Below, one piece after another: positions 1 to 11,175 of a stretch of DNA of 64,000 bases. Origin of the DNA: Octopus bimaculoides (lineage: Eukaryota); contig NC_068984.1 of assembly GCF_001194135.2 (NCBI RefSeq), positions 11,453,815 through 11,517,814 of the forward strand. The letters are read 5' to 3'. The position numbers and the translations under genes were made by a program. The first letter of the stretch is position 1, and each line of letters starts with the position of its first letter. The notes below the pieces were generated by a model. That model was given only the letters and a program-made list of their open reading frames with translations. It searched no databases and had not been told where the DNA came from.

Positions 1-54
1 ATCTGAGTTTTGAATAAAGAAAATAAGTGATCAAATTTTATAATTAATTGAAAT

Positions 55-1083
55 TTAATCATCAATGTACTTTCCTTGATTATCTATGACTTCCTTTCAT
101 CTATTTACAAGCTTTTTAATCCCATCAATGTAAAACTCTTTTGGTTTCAAAGCAAAGAACTCTGAAATGTCAGTTTCAACCTCCTCCTGGCTTGCGAAAA
201 TTATGTCCCCCAAATGATTCTGTAAACTACCAAACAAATGGTAGTCTGAAGGAGCAAGGTCAGGAGAATAAGGTGGGTGAGGAACTTTTTCCCAGCCAGG
301 CTCTTCGATCTTCTGTGATGTGATCTTTGCAGTGTATGGTCGCGCATTGTCCTGATGAAACATCACTCCTTTTCAATTCACTAAAGCGGGTTTTTTTTTT
401 TTCAAAGCTTGGTTTAAACGCTCTAATTGCTGACAGTAGACTTGAGCATTGATTGTTGCATTAGGTGGTAACAATTCAAAGTGAATTACTCCTTTCCAAT
501 CCCACCAGATAAAGAGAAGAACCTTTTTCCCATGAAGTTCCCTTCTAAGTTGTGGTTGAGCTTTTTCCCTTTTATCAAGCCATTGTTTACGATGTTTAAC
601 ATTTCGATAGAAGATCCATTTTTTTTCACCAGTCACAAGTCTATCCAAAAAGGGTGAAATGAGTTTGCAAGAATGGAGAGAAGAGCAGATGTCAACTCGG
701 GATTTGTGGTTGCTTTCAGACAATTCACGAGGCACCCATTTTCCAAGTTTAGGAACATTTCCAAGTTGTTGAAGATGACGATGAACAGTTGTATGGTTCG
801 AACTAAGCTTTATTGCCAATTCTTCAAATGATAATGCAAGAGTTTCTTCAAGTAATGCCTCAAGGAGCTTATCATCAAACTCAACTGGATGTCCTGTTCG
901 ATCTTCATCTTCAAGGCTGAAATCTCCACTTCTGAATATTGCAAACCATCTTCTGCAAGTCCTTTCATTCAAGCATTCTTTCCCATAAACTGAGTGTATA
1001 TTTCGAGTCGCTTCGGCTGCAGAGTTTCGTTTTTTATACTCATAAAGCATTATGTGCCTTAAATGATCTTTGGATACTTCCAT
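55..1083 (-). mobile_element. Mariner (Tc1/mariner, DD34D) transposase, near full length but inactivated
   Basis: ORFs 373-1104 and 97-366 share one frame, split by a TGA at 373-375 (LVN*KGVMFHQDNARP). A second TGA at 97-99 is followed by KEVIDNQGKYIDD* to 55. Motifs: HTH (RNIHSVYG..RRWF), WVPREL, HQDNARP, HPPYSPDLAPSDY. The first catalytic motif reads TGEKKW instead of TGDEKW. TIRs not recognised. Confidence 0.93.
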
Positions 1084-1420
1084 GTTAGAAAGGGTTTTAA
1101 TCAAAGAAATTTTAATTCTATTATTCTGTAAAATAATATTTAATTAGTTTAAATATACACAAATGCATAAAAATAATTTTTAATTCCATTAGACATTGTA
1201 NNNNNNNNNNNNNNNNNNNNNNNNNNNNNNNNNNNNNNNNNNNNNNNNNNNNNNNNNNNNNNNNNNNNNNNNNNNNNNNNNNNNNNNNNNNNNNNNNNNN
1301 NNNNNNNNNNNNNNNNNNNNNNNNNNNNNNNNNNNNNNNNNNNNNNNNNNNNNNNNNNNNNNNNNNNNNNNNNNNNNNNNNNNNNNNNNNNNNNNNNNNN
1401 NNNNNNNNNNNNNNNNNNNN

Positions 1421-1467
<47 letters not shown>

Positions 1468-1470
1468 ATA
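1421..1470. repeat. (TA)n/(TG)n microsatellite beside assembly gap 1201-1420
   Basis: Direct reading. Confidence 0.9.
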
Positions 1471-1983
1471 TAAATGTCTGTGTGTATTATTGTGCCTGTA
1501 CTTTTTTTCACCCCAACCACCACTTAACAAGTGCTAGTTTGTTTACATCCCTGTAATTTAGCTGTTCAGCGAAAGAGACAGATTAAGTAAATACCAAATT
1601 TAAAAAGAATAAGTACAAGGGTTGATTTGTTCAACTAAAACCTTTCAAGGCAGTACCCCAGCATGGCCACAGCCGAATGACTCAAACAAATAAAACATAT
1701 AGTGTCACTTGATAATTAGTGATTTTTCTTTTGTTTGTCAAGTTTTGTTTGGGTTTAATATGCAAAGACCGGAAACTGTCTTGTAATAATTTTTTTCTTT
1801 TTTTTTAACTTGGTTCAAAGTTCAGTTTTATAAGAGAAGAGATAAAAGATAATAAATCAGGTTTAGTCTGGGTTTTATCAGTCTTTGTGCTTTTCAATGT
1901 CAACATGTATATTTATATCTTATCTTAGGCACAAGTAATAAATAAATAAATATTAACTCGTATTTGTATATATTCTTTTTTAG

Positions 1984-2106
1984 AATGAACCATCCAGTTC
2001 TCCATGTTTCTTGGAATGATGCCGTTAAGTACTGTAAATGGGCTGGCAAAAGGTTGCCGACTGAAGCAGAATGGGAGTATGCCTGTCGAGGTGGTTTAAA
2101 ACAAAG
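1984..2106 (+). CDS. SUMF1: SUMF1 / formylglycine-generating enzyme, first exon in window (equivalent to vertebrate exon 5)
   Basis: ttttag|A ATG AAC CAT... encodes [40 protein letters not shown], donor AG|gtag. 123 nt, contains the FGE-sulfatase motif RLPTEAEWE. Upstream exons are outside the window. Confidence 0.96.
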
Positions 2107-2590
2107 GTAGCATTGAATCTTTTGTATTTTGACATTTCTCTTCAATTTTTGTTAGTTTTAAACTTCTCTGTCTGCTGAATCTGTGTATGTCCCAGTTTTA
2201 TAATAGGTACACTGTTCTTTAACTGTTGTAAAGACACAATGTACCTATTTGTAAAGTACACAGTGTACCTATTTGTAAAGACACAGTGTAACTATTTGTT
2301 GTAAAGGGCAGCAGGTAGGACATTCAGATGTAAAACTCTGCCTTAGAAAACCCTGTTCAATTCATACCAGCATGGAAAAGTGGAAGTAAAGTAATGATGC
2401 TTGTGGCAGTGGCAGCAGCAGTTGCAGTTTCAAGTCACAAAAATCTTGACACCATATTACAAATAACTGTTTGAGTGAAGTTAATAGCCTTTGTGTGTTT
2501 CTGAAAGGCTAACCTATATCTGCCATCCTATAATCACTTTAGTTTCAGCACATAATCTCAGATCAAAAATACTTGCTATGCAAGTACATC

Positions 2591-2958
2591 TGTAGTAACG
2601 CCGTGCGCATGCGTGGAATTAAACAACCAAGCGTTCCCGCTTCTATTCTATCTCTTTCTCGGTCGGCCGGCCATGAGCAGGGACGTGTCAAGCAGTGTCT
2701 CCAACATTCCAACTCTGGAGACAGTCTCTTTACGTGTTTAGCTGTCTCTCTTCATCTTTCGAACTTACGCTCAACAGCTCGCTTACATCTACATACCAAA
2801 CGTCCAAACAACAATGCTCACACACACAGAAGCTGTAACAACAAACAAGAGCTAAAGATGTATATATTTACCACCTGAATAAATGTTGTTTAAGTTGATA
2901 GTCTGGAGTTCAGCGTTCCGTTATATTCTTAATTTTATATAGGAAAGTCAGGTATACA
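2591..2958. mobile_element. Candidate solo LTR or unclassified CpG-rich insertion
   Basis: Begins TGTA and ends TACA. CpG-rich against an AT-rich intron, AATAAA at about 2878, TACATCT repeated at 2585-2591 and 2955-2961. Confidence 0.4.
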
Positions 2959-3047
2959 TCTAATGATGTATAACCTACTTTCCTATACATCTTTCTAATT
3001 TAATTAAAATCGTTTTAACAATTTATAAACATTTTATATACAATTAG

Positions 3048-3162
3048 AAAATTTCCCTGGGGTAACAAAGAAAATCCAGAGAACAAACATTGGATGAATA
3101 TATGGCATGGAGAATTTCCTAAAAAAAATACTGGAGATGATGGTTTCCTTGGTACTGCACCG
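3048..3162 (+). CDS. SUMF1: SUMF1 exon (vertebrate exon 6 equivalent)
   Basis: ttag|A AAA TTT CCC TGG... encodes [38 protein letters not shown], donor gtaagt. 115 nt, phase consistent. Confidence 0.96.
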
Positions 3163-3438
3163 GTAAGTCTTATTATAGTTATATTTGTCCTTCAAACAAT
3201 CCTCATCATTATCATCATCATTTAATGTCTGCTTTCTGTACTGGCATGGGTTGGATGGTTTGACTGAGAACTGGTAAGCTGGGAGACTGTACCATGCCCC
3301 AATGCATTAGATGTTTTATATACAGAATTCATTTGAGAATTGTTAATCAAAATGGCTAATTTTAGTCATAGTTACATTAGCAAACAAGAATTAGAAGAAA
3401 GCATTATTCTACGTACTTTGGAAACCTGTTTTTACTGT

Positions 3439-3656
3439 CTAACACTTTAGCATTTAAACTGGTCATTTTTAGCCCAAATATTTTACCTGCTTTATGTTCA
3501 AACTGACCAGATCTGGCCTCTCACACCTACCCCACAATGTCATTCTAAAAATGAACACCACATCATTGAAATTTCATCACTACAAGATACTGCATAATTA
3601 ATTCAAAACAGTGTGAATAAATAAGTATTACGTTTGACTGATTGCTAAAGGGTTAA
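3439..3656 (+). mobile_element. piggyBac-type MITE (TTAA-CCCTTTAGCATT ... TGCTAAAGGG-TTAA family)
   Basis: Ends ctaacactttagcatt / tgctaaagggttaa. Homologous to copies at 33925, 39028 and 62794. Confidence 0.7.
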
Positions 3657-3795
3657 TTAGAAGTGTTTCATATTTTAACACCTGATATTCTGAAGTAAGT
3701 TTCAGATTTTAAATAAATAACACACACACACAGAAATTCCACACACTCCACAGACACTTCACAAAGATATTACATGCACGTACAGACACACCGTT

Positions 3796-3854
<59 letters not shown>

Positions 3855-4210
3855 NNNNNNNNNNNNNNNNNNNNNNNNNNNNNNNNNNNNNNNNNNNNNN
3901 NNNNNNNNNNNNNNNNNNNNNNNNNNNNNNNNNNNNNNNNNNNNNNATCTGTAAATGTACAACCATCCAGATTTCTGAGTACCTTAATTTTTTTCTATAA
4001 TATAATTCCTGTACATCACCTCCAAACCTTCCAATATATATATATATATACATACAAGGAAAGAATGAAGGAATTAATTCCATATATAGAACAACCATGC
4101 AGTGCTCAGAATATGAATAATATAAGCTTCGATAGAAGACACAAAATTCAGGTGATCAATAAACAATTGTTTATCGATTACCTGAATTTTGCATTTTTTA
4201 TCGATGCCTC

Positions 4211-4246
<36 letters not shown>

Positions 4247-4559
4247 CTATTTGTATTTCAGCTATTTTAGAGAGAAACAACATTACCTGCTGCTGCAAGT
4301 TCTAGTCTTAGCTAGCTTTAACTGACATGACCCAGCATGGTTCCTATGCCCAGAGTTATGGACAAGGTCTTTGACAGCAGAGAAGTGAATATGACAACAA
4401 TGATTGATGACAGGCTGATAGCCAATTCAGTGGTGTCATCAAATAACACAGGACACTTAGTGGTAGTCCTCTAATACAAGCCTCACAGACCACTGCAAGT
4501 AGTGAAAGAACAATACCTCTCTAATTTATTATGCATCAATATATCTGTTCCTTTTGAGT

Positions 4560-4845
4560 GTTGGGCCTCCCGGAGGCAATAACTGAGACCTTTAGCATTA
4601 TGTTGTGCTTGAGAGGAAGACCCATCAAGCTGGGCAAAATCACAGTCGTGGAAGATACTGGTGTCATGCAAATGGCACCAGTGCCATTGGCACATAAAAG
4701 CACCCGTTGGCGTTAGGAAGAGCATCCAGTCATAGAAGACCATGCCAAATCAGGTGCAGCCTTCCAGCTTACCAGCCCCAGTCAATCCATCGAGCCCATG
4801 CCAACATGGACAACAGACGTTAAATGATGATGAGGATGATGATCT
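4560..4845 (+). mobile_element. 5'-truncated RTE-type LINE 3' end with (GAT)n tail
   Basis: gagacctttagcattatgttgtgcttgag matches the ORF end seen at 58100. Core ggcgttaggaagagcatccag, tail gacgttaaatgatgatgag. Confidence 0.75.
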
Positions 4846-5273
4846 AGAGATGCAAATCTGGTTCGCCAGTCCTCATTTAAATCGTCCAACCCATGCCAGC
4901 ATGGAAGGCGGACGTTAAATGATGATGAGGATACATATCCTTTTATTCTTTACTTGTCTCAGTCATTGGATGGCAACCATGCCAGGGCACCATCTTGAAG
5001 TGTTTAGTCAATCAAACTGACTTCAGTACTTACTTTATGAGTCTCTTTTGCCAAACTGCTAAGTTATGGAGACATGGCCAATCCAAAGCCAGTTGTCAAA
5101 GTAGTGAGAGATAAACATGTGCACCCCTCCCCCAGCACACTGTTAAGTGGTTGGCATTAGGAAGGGCATCCAGCCATAGAAACCATGCCACACGGGAACC
5201 TGCCAGCCAGTTCCATTTCAAACCCATGCCAGCATGGACAGTGGACATTAAATGGTGATGATGATGATGATCA

Positions 5274-5310
<37 letters not shown>

Positions 5311-5794
5311 CAGGCTTCTTTTAGCTTCCATATACCAGCAAGATCTACTTGTAAGATTTTGATCAAGTTGAGGCTAAAGTTAAGACACTTGCCCAAGGTG
5401 CCATGCAGTGGAACCAAGGTAAAAATCATGTGGTTGGGAAGCAAACTTCTCAACAACACAGCCCCACTTTTGTGTGTGTTTGTATGACTTTGTTAGATGG
5501 AAACTGAAAGAAGCCCATCAGCTATATATATGTGTGTATGTCCTCATAAATTAACAGTTCAGTGAAAGAGACTGACAGAATAAGAACCAAGCTTAAAATG
5601 AAAGATAGATACCAGAGTCAATTCATTTGACTAGAAATTCTTCAAGGTGGCGCCCCAGCATGGCCACAGTCCAATGACTGAAGCAAGTGAAAGATAAAAG
5701 ATATAAATTTTTGTTACCAATCTTTCTAGGCTGTTGAATTGAACATTTATTAAAAGTAACACTGACATATTTTGTTATTGCAACCTCTTTTCAG

Positions 5795-5911
5795 GTGGAT
5801 GAATTCCCAACTCAGAACAAGTTCAAACTGAAAAATATAATTGGAAATGTATGGGAATGGACACAAGACTGGTGGGATATACATCATTCGAAAGAGTTTG
5901 CTAAAAATCCA
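5795..5911 (+). CDS. SUMF1: SUMF1 exon (vertebrate exon 7 equivalent)
   Basis: tttcag|GTG GAT... encodes [39 protein letters not shown], donor gtaaga. Contains the GNVWEW motif. Confidence 0.96.
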
Positions 5912-5959
5912 GTAAGAATTTCTATTTGTTTTTTTTAGATCCATCCCCCCAATATAAGT

Positions 5960-6302
5960 GGAAGGATGGGGGCTCCGAAAGGGGTCTCAGGGAGTAGCAT
6001 CCCTGCCTTCCTGAGTTAGTTTTCCACCACATTTCTTAAAAATCGTAATAGAGGTCTTGGTCTCAGGACCACTCATGTCCAAAAACTGAGGTTGAAGATA
6101 AGCAAGGGCATACTCCCCAGAGAAAATCCAGCTCCAAAAAAAAGCCTCATGATAGCAAAGGAGAATGGGCACCAGCCAGCCCAAAGGTTGGGGTGAGCTG
6201 CACCTGCCTACTTTGGTTGCTACGGCATTAAGGTAGATCCAGCCACCCCTGTTAATGGAGACAAAACCCTGATGTAAAACACTGGATGGTGATGATGATG
6301 AT
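5960..6302 (+). mobile_element. Unclassified SINE-like retroposon with (GAT)n tail, copy 1
   Basis: Aligns over about 330 bp with 7356-7699. Confidence 0.75.
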
Positions 6303-6689
6303 AGCTGCTTATCATGATGGAAGTCTTTTAGATAACAATAACCAACTGACAGCATTGAGTAAAGAATACAACAGCCTCCTGAATGGGTTTGGTGTCAACT
6401 GATGTTGATAACATTATCCATGATTACAATAAGTGGCTTTTTCCGTATTATTTAGGTTGACTTACTGAAGCTCTGGATAATCCATGGTTTAATTAGGTAT
6501 AACCACTAACTATTAAAGATTAATATGGCACTTTAGATGTTATATTTATAAGTTATAATCTGTATATACAGATGATATATGTAGTAGTTAATTACATATA
6601 TACCCCATCACTGTCACACATACACATTCACTGCTAATTGTTGTCTGTCTGTGTGCATGTGCCAGTAGTATTCATTTGAATTGCTCCCT

Positions 6690-7060
6690 CCCAATCTCTC
6701 TCTCACACGCACACATACACACACACTTTTATCATCTCCTTAACATTTTAATATAATAGAAGATTCATAGATGGAGAGAGAGAGATGTTTGAGTGTATGT
6801 TTATGCCACTAGCATTCCTTTGCATCTCTCTTTCTCTCCCTTTTTCTTTCTCTCTCTCTCACATACACACACACACACACATGCTTTATCATCTCCTTAA
6901 CACTTTACTATAATAGAAGTAGATAGAAAGTGAGATAGAGAGAGATGCCTGAGTGTGTGTATATCCTAGTGGCATTCCTATGGCTTGTCCCCCCCTGCCC
7001 CCCCCTCTCTCACATATACTTCTTACCTTTTTACCATCCCCTTTCCACATCATGATAGAT
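6690..7060. repeat. Imperfect ~150-bp tandem duplication built on CT/CA/GA microsatellites
   Basis: ttatcatctccttaaca...tataatagaag occurs twice (about 6728 and 6885), with a partial third unit near 7010. Confidence 0.6.
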
Positions 7061-7355
7061 TAGCATGGCAGATTGTTGTTAATACTTTTAGGGAGATGCT
7101 TGTTTTTGATAACAAATATAAGGGATTCTTATCTCAAACTTGCATCTGTGGCTTTGTTGGATTATAGAGAATTTGTTTAGCTTAAAGGAGAAACTCCCAA
7201 AATGCAACAGACTTTTCAGATAATTTATGTTTGATCTAGAGCAGGGGTCCCCAAACTTTTTAGATCATTGACCCCTTCATGGAATCCTTGAACCTTCATC
7301 AACCACGAGGCTTGTACAAGAAAATAAATAAATAATAATAATTAAGTAGACATGC

Positions 7356-7699
7356 AGTTTAGGTAGCGGGACTCCAAAAAGGGTCTCAGGGAGTAGCATT
7401 CCTGCCTTCCTGAGCTAGTTTTTCCACCACATTTCTTAAAAATTGTGGTAGAGGCCTTGGTCTCAGGACCACTCATGTCTAAGAACTGAGGTTGAGGGTA
7501 AGCAAAGGCATGCTCCCTATAGAAAATCCAGCTCCAAAAAAGCTTCATGATAGCAAAGGAGAATGGGCACCAACCAGCCCAAAGGTTTGGGTAGGCAGCA
7601 TCTACCTACCTCAGTTGCTATGACATTGAGGAAGATCCAGCCACCCCCCATTAACGGGGACAAAACCTGGATTTGAAACACTGGATGATGATGATGATG
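7356..7699 (+). mobile_element. Unclassified SINE-like retroposon, copy 2, inserted in a hAT-type MITE remnant
   Basis: 12-bp TSD AAGTAGACATGC at 7344-7355 and 7700-7711, (GAT)n tail. The host element starts CAGGGGTCCCCAAACT at about 7244. Confidence 0.85.
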
Positions 7700-7949
7700 A
7701 AGTAGACATGCCGTTTCAGACATTTATCGACCCCTTAATTCCCACTTTTCCATGTTTGATTGGATTTGACACAGTTTTTTGGAGCAGATTTTTCTATGGT
7801 TGGATGTTGCCAACCATTATCTGTTTATAAGTAATATGATATTTCCCCACAGTCAGACATGTTTTGTAGAAGATTGAAAAGAGTGATGCTTGTTTACTAC
7901 TATCACACAATGTCAAGATAAGGAGACAGCAACATGCACACACATATGT

Positions 7950-8547
7950 GTCATCATCAACATCATCATTTAACATCAGTTTTCCATGCGACATGGGTTG
8001 GATGGCTTGTCAGGAGCTGGCAAGGCCAGGAGCTGGCAAGGCCAGGGGCTGCACCAGGTTCCATAGTCTGTTTTTGGTTCACTTTCTACAGCTAGAAGAC
8101 CTTTCTAACACCAGCTGCTTTACAGAGTATACTGGGTGCTTTTTTATGTGGAACCAGTATTTTGTATACAACACCAGCACCGGTGCTTTTTATGTGACAC
8201 CAGCACTTTTTATGCAGCACCTACACCAGTGCTTTGTATGTAGCACCAATATCAGTACTATTTACCAGTGCTTTTCTTGTGGAACCAGCACCAGTGCTTT
8301 TCATGTGGCACCAGTGCTTTTCATGTGACACCGGCACCAGTGCTTTTCATGTGGCACTAGCACAAGTGCTTTTCATGTGGCACCAGCACCAGTGTTTTTC
8401 ATGTGGCATCAACACAAGTGCTTTTCATGTGGCACCAGCATCAGTACTTTTCATGTGGCACCAGCACCAGTGCTTTTCATGTGGCACCAGTTCTAGCGAT
8501 TTTTATGCGACACCAGCACCAGTGCCTTTTACGTGACGCCAGCAACA
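7950..8547 (-). repeat. RTE-type 3' UTR remnant expanded into a ~26-bp minisatellite
   Basis: Tail (catcat) at about 7955, then about 15 units of AGTGCTTTTCATGTGGCACCAGCACC at 8135-8547. Confidence 0.85.
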
Positions 8548-9688
8548 TGGTACCAACAGGATTACTAAGTACCCTCAAGAAAACCACCTGTACTAAATAT
8601 GCAGAGGAGGAGTAGACAGGAAGTTCTTATGGTGCACAAAGTATGAACTATGAGTGCACAAGATCAAGGTGATAATAAATACTTTGTTTGTGCAGGTGCA
8701 CAGTTAACAAGCAGAGTATTTCTTATCAGTGCTTCTCATCAACTCTTTAAAAAATCCACAGAAGTAGTGGATAGCCTCTGTTATTAAGCAACCTAATCAC
8801 CTGTCGGGGAGGGTGATTAGAAAACATAATAGCCAGAATAAGAACAGGGTGGGAAAAGTTCAGAAAGCTGTTATTTCTGCTGGTGATGAAAGGGATTCTC
8901 TCATTGATTGAAGGGTCAGTTGTATATTGCTTGTGTACAAAGTGTAACACTACATGTTAGTGAGATGTAGACAGTGAATGTAAAGAATGTGTGACGGTTG
9001 GAGAGAAACGAAGCAAGCCTGCTTCACCAGACGTGTAACGTTAGTATGAGCTGGGAATGTCCCCTTGGCACCCAAGCTGCATTCCTAGTGCTNNNNNNNN
9101 NNNNNNNNNNNNNNATCCCTCACCATCACCACAAACACAGACCACTTTCTGCAGCACCTTTAAGACAGTTGTATTTCATAAATAAAGCTTAACCTAATTA
9201 ACTGGTTATTTTGTTGTTTTTATATTCATTGCTCTCTTTTGGGTATCAACCCATTTTTCTTCACCCCCACCCCTTATCTTTTCATAGCTCCCAGGGGGAC
9301 AGTACCACCCACTTTGGGAACCACTGGTGTAGAAACTCAGAAGATAACAAAAGATTGCAACAAATAGTGAGATGCTTTTAGAAAGGATGGTGGGGGAGGA
9401 TGTGGAAAAGAAGGTAAATAAGGAGGATATTGTCTTACTAATCTTTAATCCAAGAACTATTACATAATCCCTGAAATAGAACAGTGTCAGTGACCAAAAT
9501 AGCAATGGTGTGACAAAAATTTTGATAGTTCAAGAAATCAATAGAAAGTGAATTTAAGAGGGTTTTTTTTTTGTTTTGTGTTTTTTTACATATCTTGTGA
9601 CAACTGAAATTGTTCTTCTGCTATCTAATTGCAATATTATCTCTGTTTTGCAAGATCATGTAATGTTTTTTGAACAGTTTGCTTTTTA

Positions 9689-10119
9689 AAGTAGTTGTAT
9701 GCTGTCAACTTAATGTGACAGTCCCATGAAGGGAATAACACTACTACTATTTAGCTCTAGGAAGCAGCACCACTTCCTGTCGGCCTTGACACATTTCCTG
9801 TGTCCTTATGTTTATAAGGGGGAGACAAGCACCTCCACTTAGCTAAGCCTGCATCCAGAGACATGTTTCTGAGTCTTTGCTCATCATTAGTCTGGAGTAG
9901 CATAACCTGCTAGTCGAAGATGCCTGTCAAGCTCTTGTAAACATATAATAATTCTAGTGAAATAGCTGGGTAGAGGTACTTGTCTCCTCCTTGTAAACAT
10001 AAGGACACAGGAAATGTGTCAAGGCCGACAGGAAGCGGTGCAGCTTCCTACGTCTAACCAACAGTAGTATTATTCCCTTCAGGGGACTGTCACATTAAGT
10101 TGACAGCATACAACTACTT
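9689..10119. mobile_element. MITE / foldback element with ~155-bp terminal inverted repeats
   Basis: aagtagttgtatgctgtcaacttaatgtgacagtccc... (9689-9844) is the reverse complement of 9962-10119. An internal fragment recurs at about 16052-16096. Confidence 0.88.
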
Positions 10120-10212
10120 CATCGTATCACTACTGCATAAATCTCTCTGAGAGATTTAGAAATGTATTATTTCTAAGTTTGCTTTTAAAATTTTTTTTCT
10201 GTCTTCTTTTAG

Positions 10213-10272
10213 AAAGGGCCTTCTAAAGGAACAAGTAGAGTAAAGAAAGGAGGCTCATTCTTGTGCCATAAG
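10213..10272 (+). CDS. SUMF1: SUMF1 exon (vertebrate exon 8 equivalent)
   Basis: ttttag|AAA GGG CCT... encodes KGPSKGTSRVKKGGSFLCHK, donor gtatgt. 60 nt, carries the first catalytic Cys. Confidence 0.96.
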
Positions 10273-10299
10273 GTATGTATATTCACATTCTTATTGTTT

Positions 10300-10715
10300 T
10301 CATCATTGTCTTCATCATTATTTAACATCTGCTTTCCATGCTGGTATGTGTTGGACGGTTTGACTGAGGACTGGCAAGCTGGGAGGCTACACCAGGCTCC
10401 AGTCTGATTTGGCAAGGTTTCTGCAGCTGGATGCCCTTACTAACACCAGCCACTCTGAAAGTTTATTAGGTGCTTTTTACATGCCAGAGGCACGGTAGCC
10501 TGTCAGGCAGCATTGGCATCAACCATGCTCAAATGGTGCTTTTTACATACCACCGGCGCGGGATCCAATCAGGCAGCACTGGCATCGGCCACACTCAACT
10601 TGTGCTGTTTATGTGCCACTGGCATGGGTGCCAGTCAGGCAGCAATGACATCGGCCATGCTCAAACGGTGCTTTTTATGTGCCACCAGCATGGGTGCCAG
10701 TCAGATGGCACTAGC
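10300..10715 (-). mobile_element. RTE-type 3' UTR remnant with ~64-bp internal tandem units
   Basis: Tail at about 10300. Repeated ggtgctttt..atgtgccac..gggtgccagtcaggcagca..ggcatcggccatgctcaa units. Confidence 0.75.
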
Positions 10716-10749
10716 ATCGACCACTTAAAATGATTTATAATGATAAATC

Positions 10750-11175
10750 TTTCTAATTTGGGCTCAAGGCCAGCAATTTTGAGGGGATGGGTAAGTTGAT
10801 TACATCAACCCCAGTGCTCAACTGGCACTTATTTTATTGACACAGAAGGGATGAAAGACAAAGTTGAACTCAGAATGTAAAGTGCCAGAAGGAATGCTGC
10901 TAAGCATTTTTTTCTGGCTTGATAACGATTCTACCACCTCACTGCCCTTTCCATAATGGTAATGAAATATACAATATTGGTTTCAAATTTTGGCACAAGT
11001 TCCATAATGTCAAGGAGATGGGGCTAAGTCAATTATATCACTTCCAGTATTCACCTGGTACTTATTTTATGGATCCTGAAAAGATGGATTGCGAAGTCGA
11101 CCTTGGCAGAATTTCATCCATACGAAATGTTGCTAAGCATTTTGCTTGGTAGGCTAATGATTCTGCCAGCTTGTT
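10750..11175 (-). mobile_element. Two tandem copies of a tRNA-head SINE with a Nin/Deu-like core
   Basis: The reverse strand carries gcctttcatcc...ggtcaataaaataagtaccag twice. Further copies near 18830, 20330, 41870, 59330 and 61870. Confidence 0.65.

Noticed and set aside
97-375. Rescue of mariner TGA stops by A-to-I editing (UGA to UGG)
   Set aside because: Pure speculation, and the first catalytic Asp is lost anyway.
55-2106. Mariner next to SUMF1, echoing human SETMAR beside SUMF1
   Set aside because: SETMAR is a primate-specific Hsmar1 fusion. This copy has stops, a mutated catalytic Asp and no SET exon, so it is a coincidence.
7948-8615. Overlapping ORFs with repeated FMWHQHQCF / AFHVAP peptides
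   Set aside because: These are translations of the 26-bp minisatellite. The array is not CRISPR-like because it has no unique spacers.
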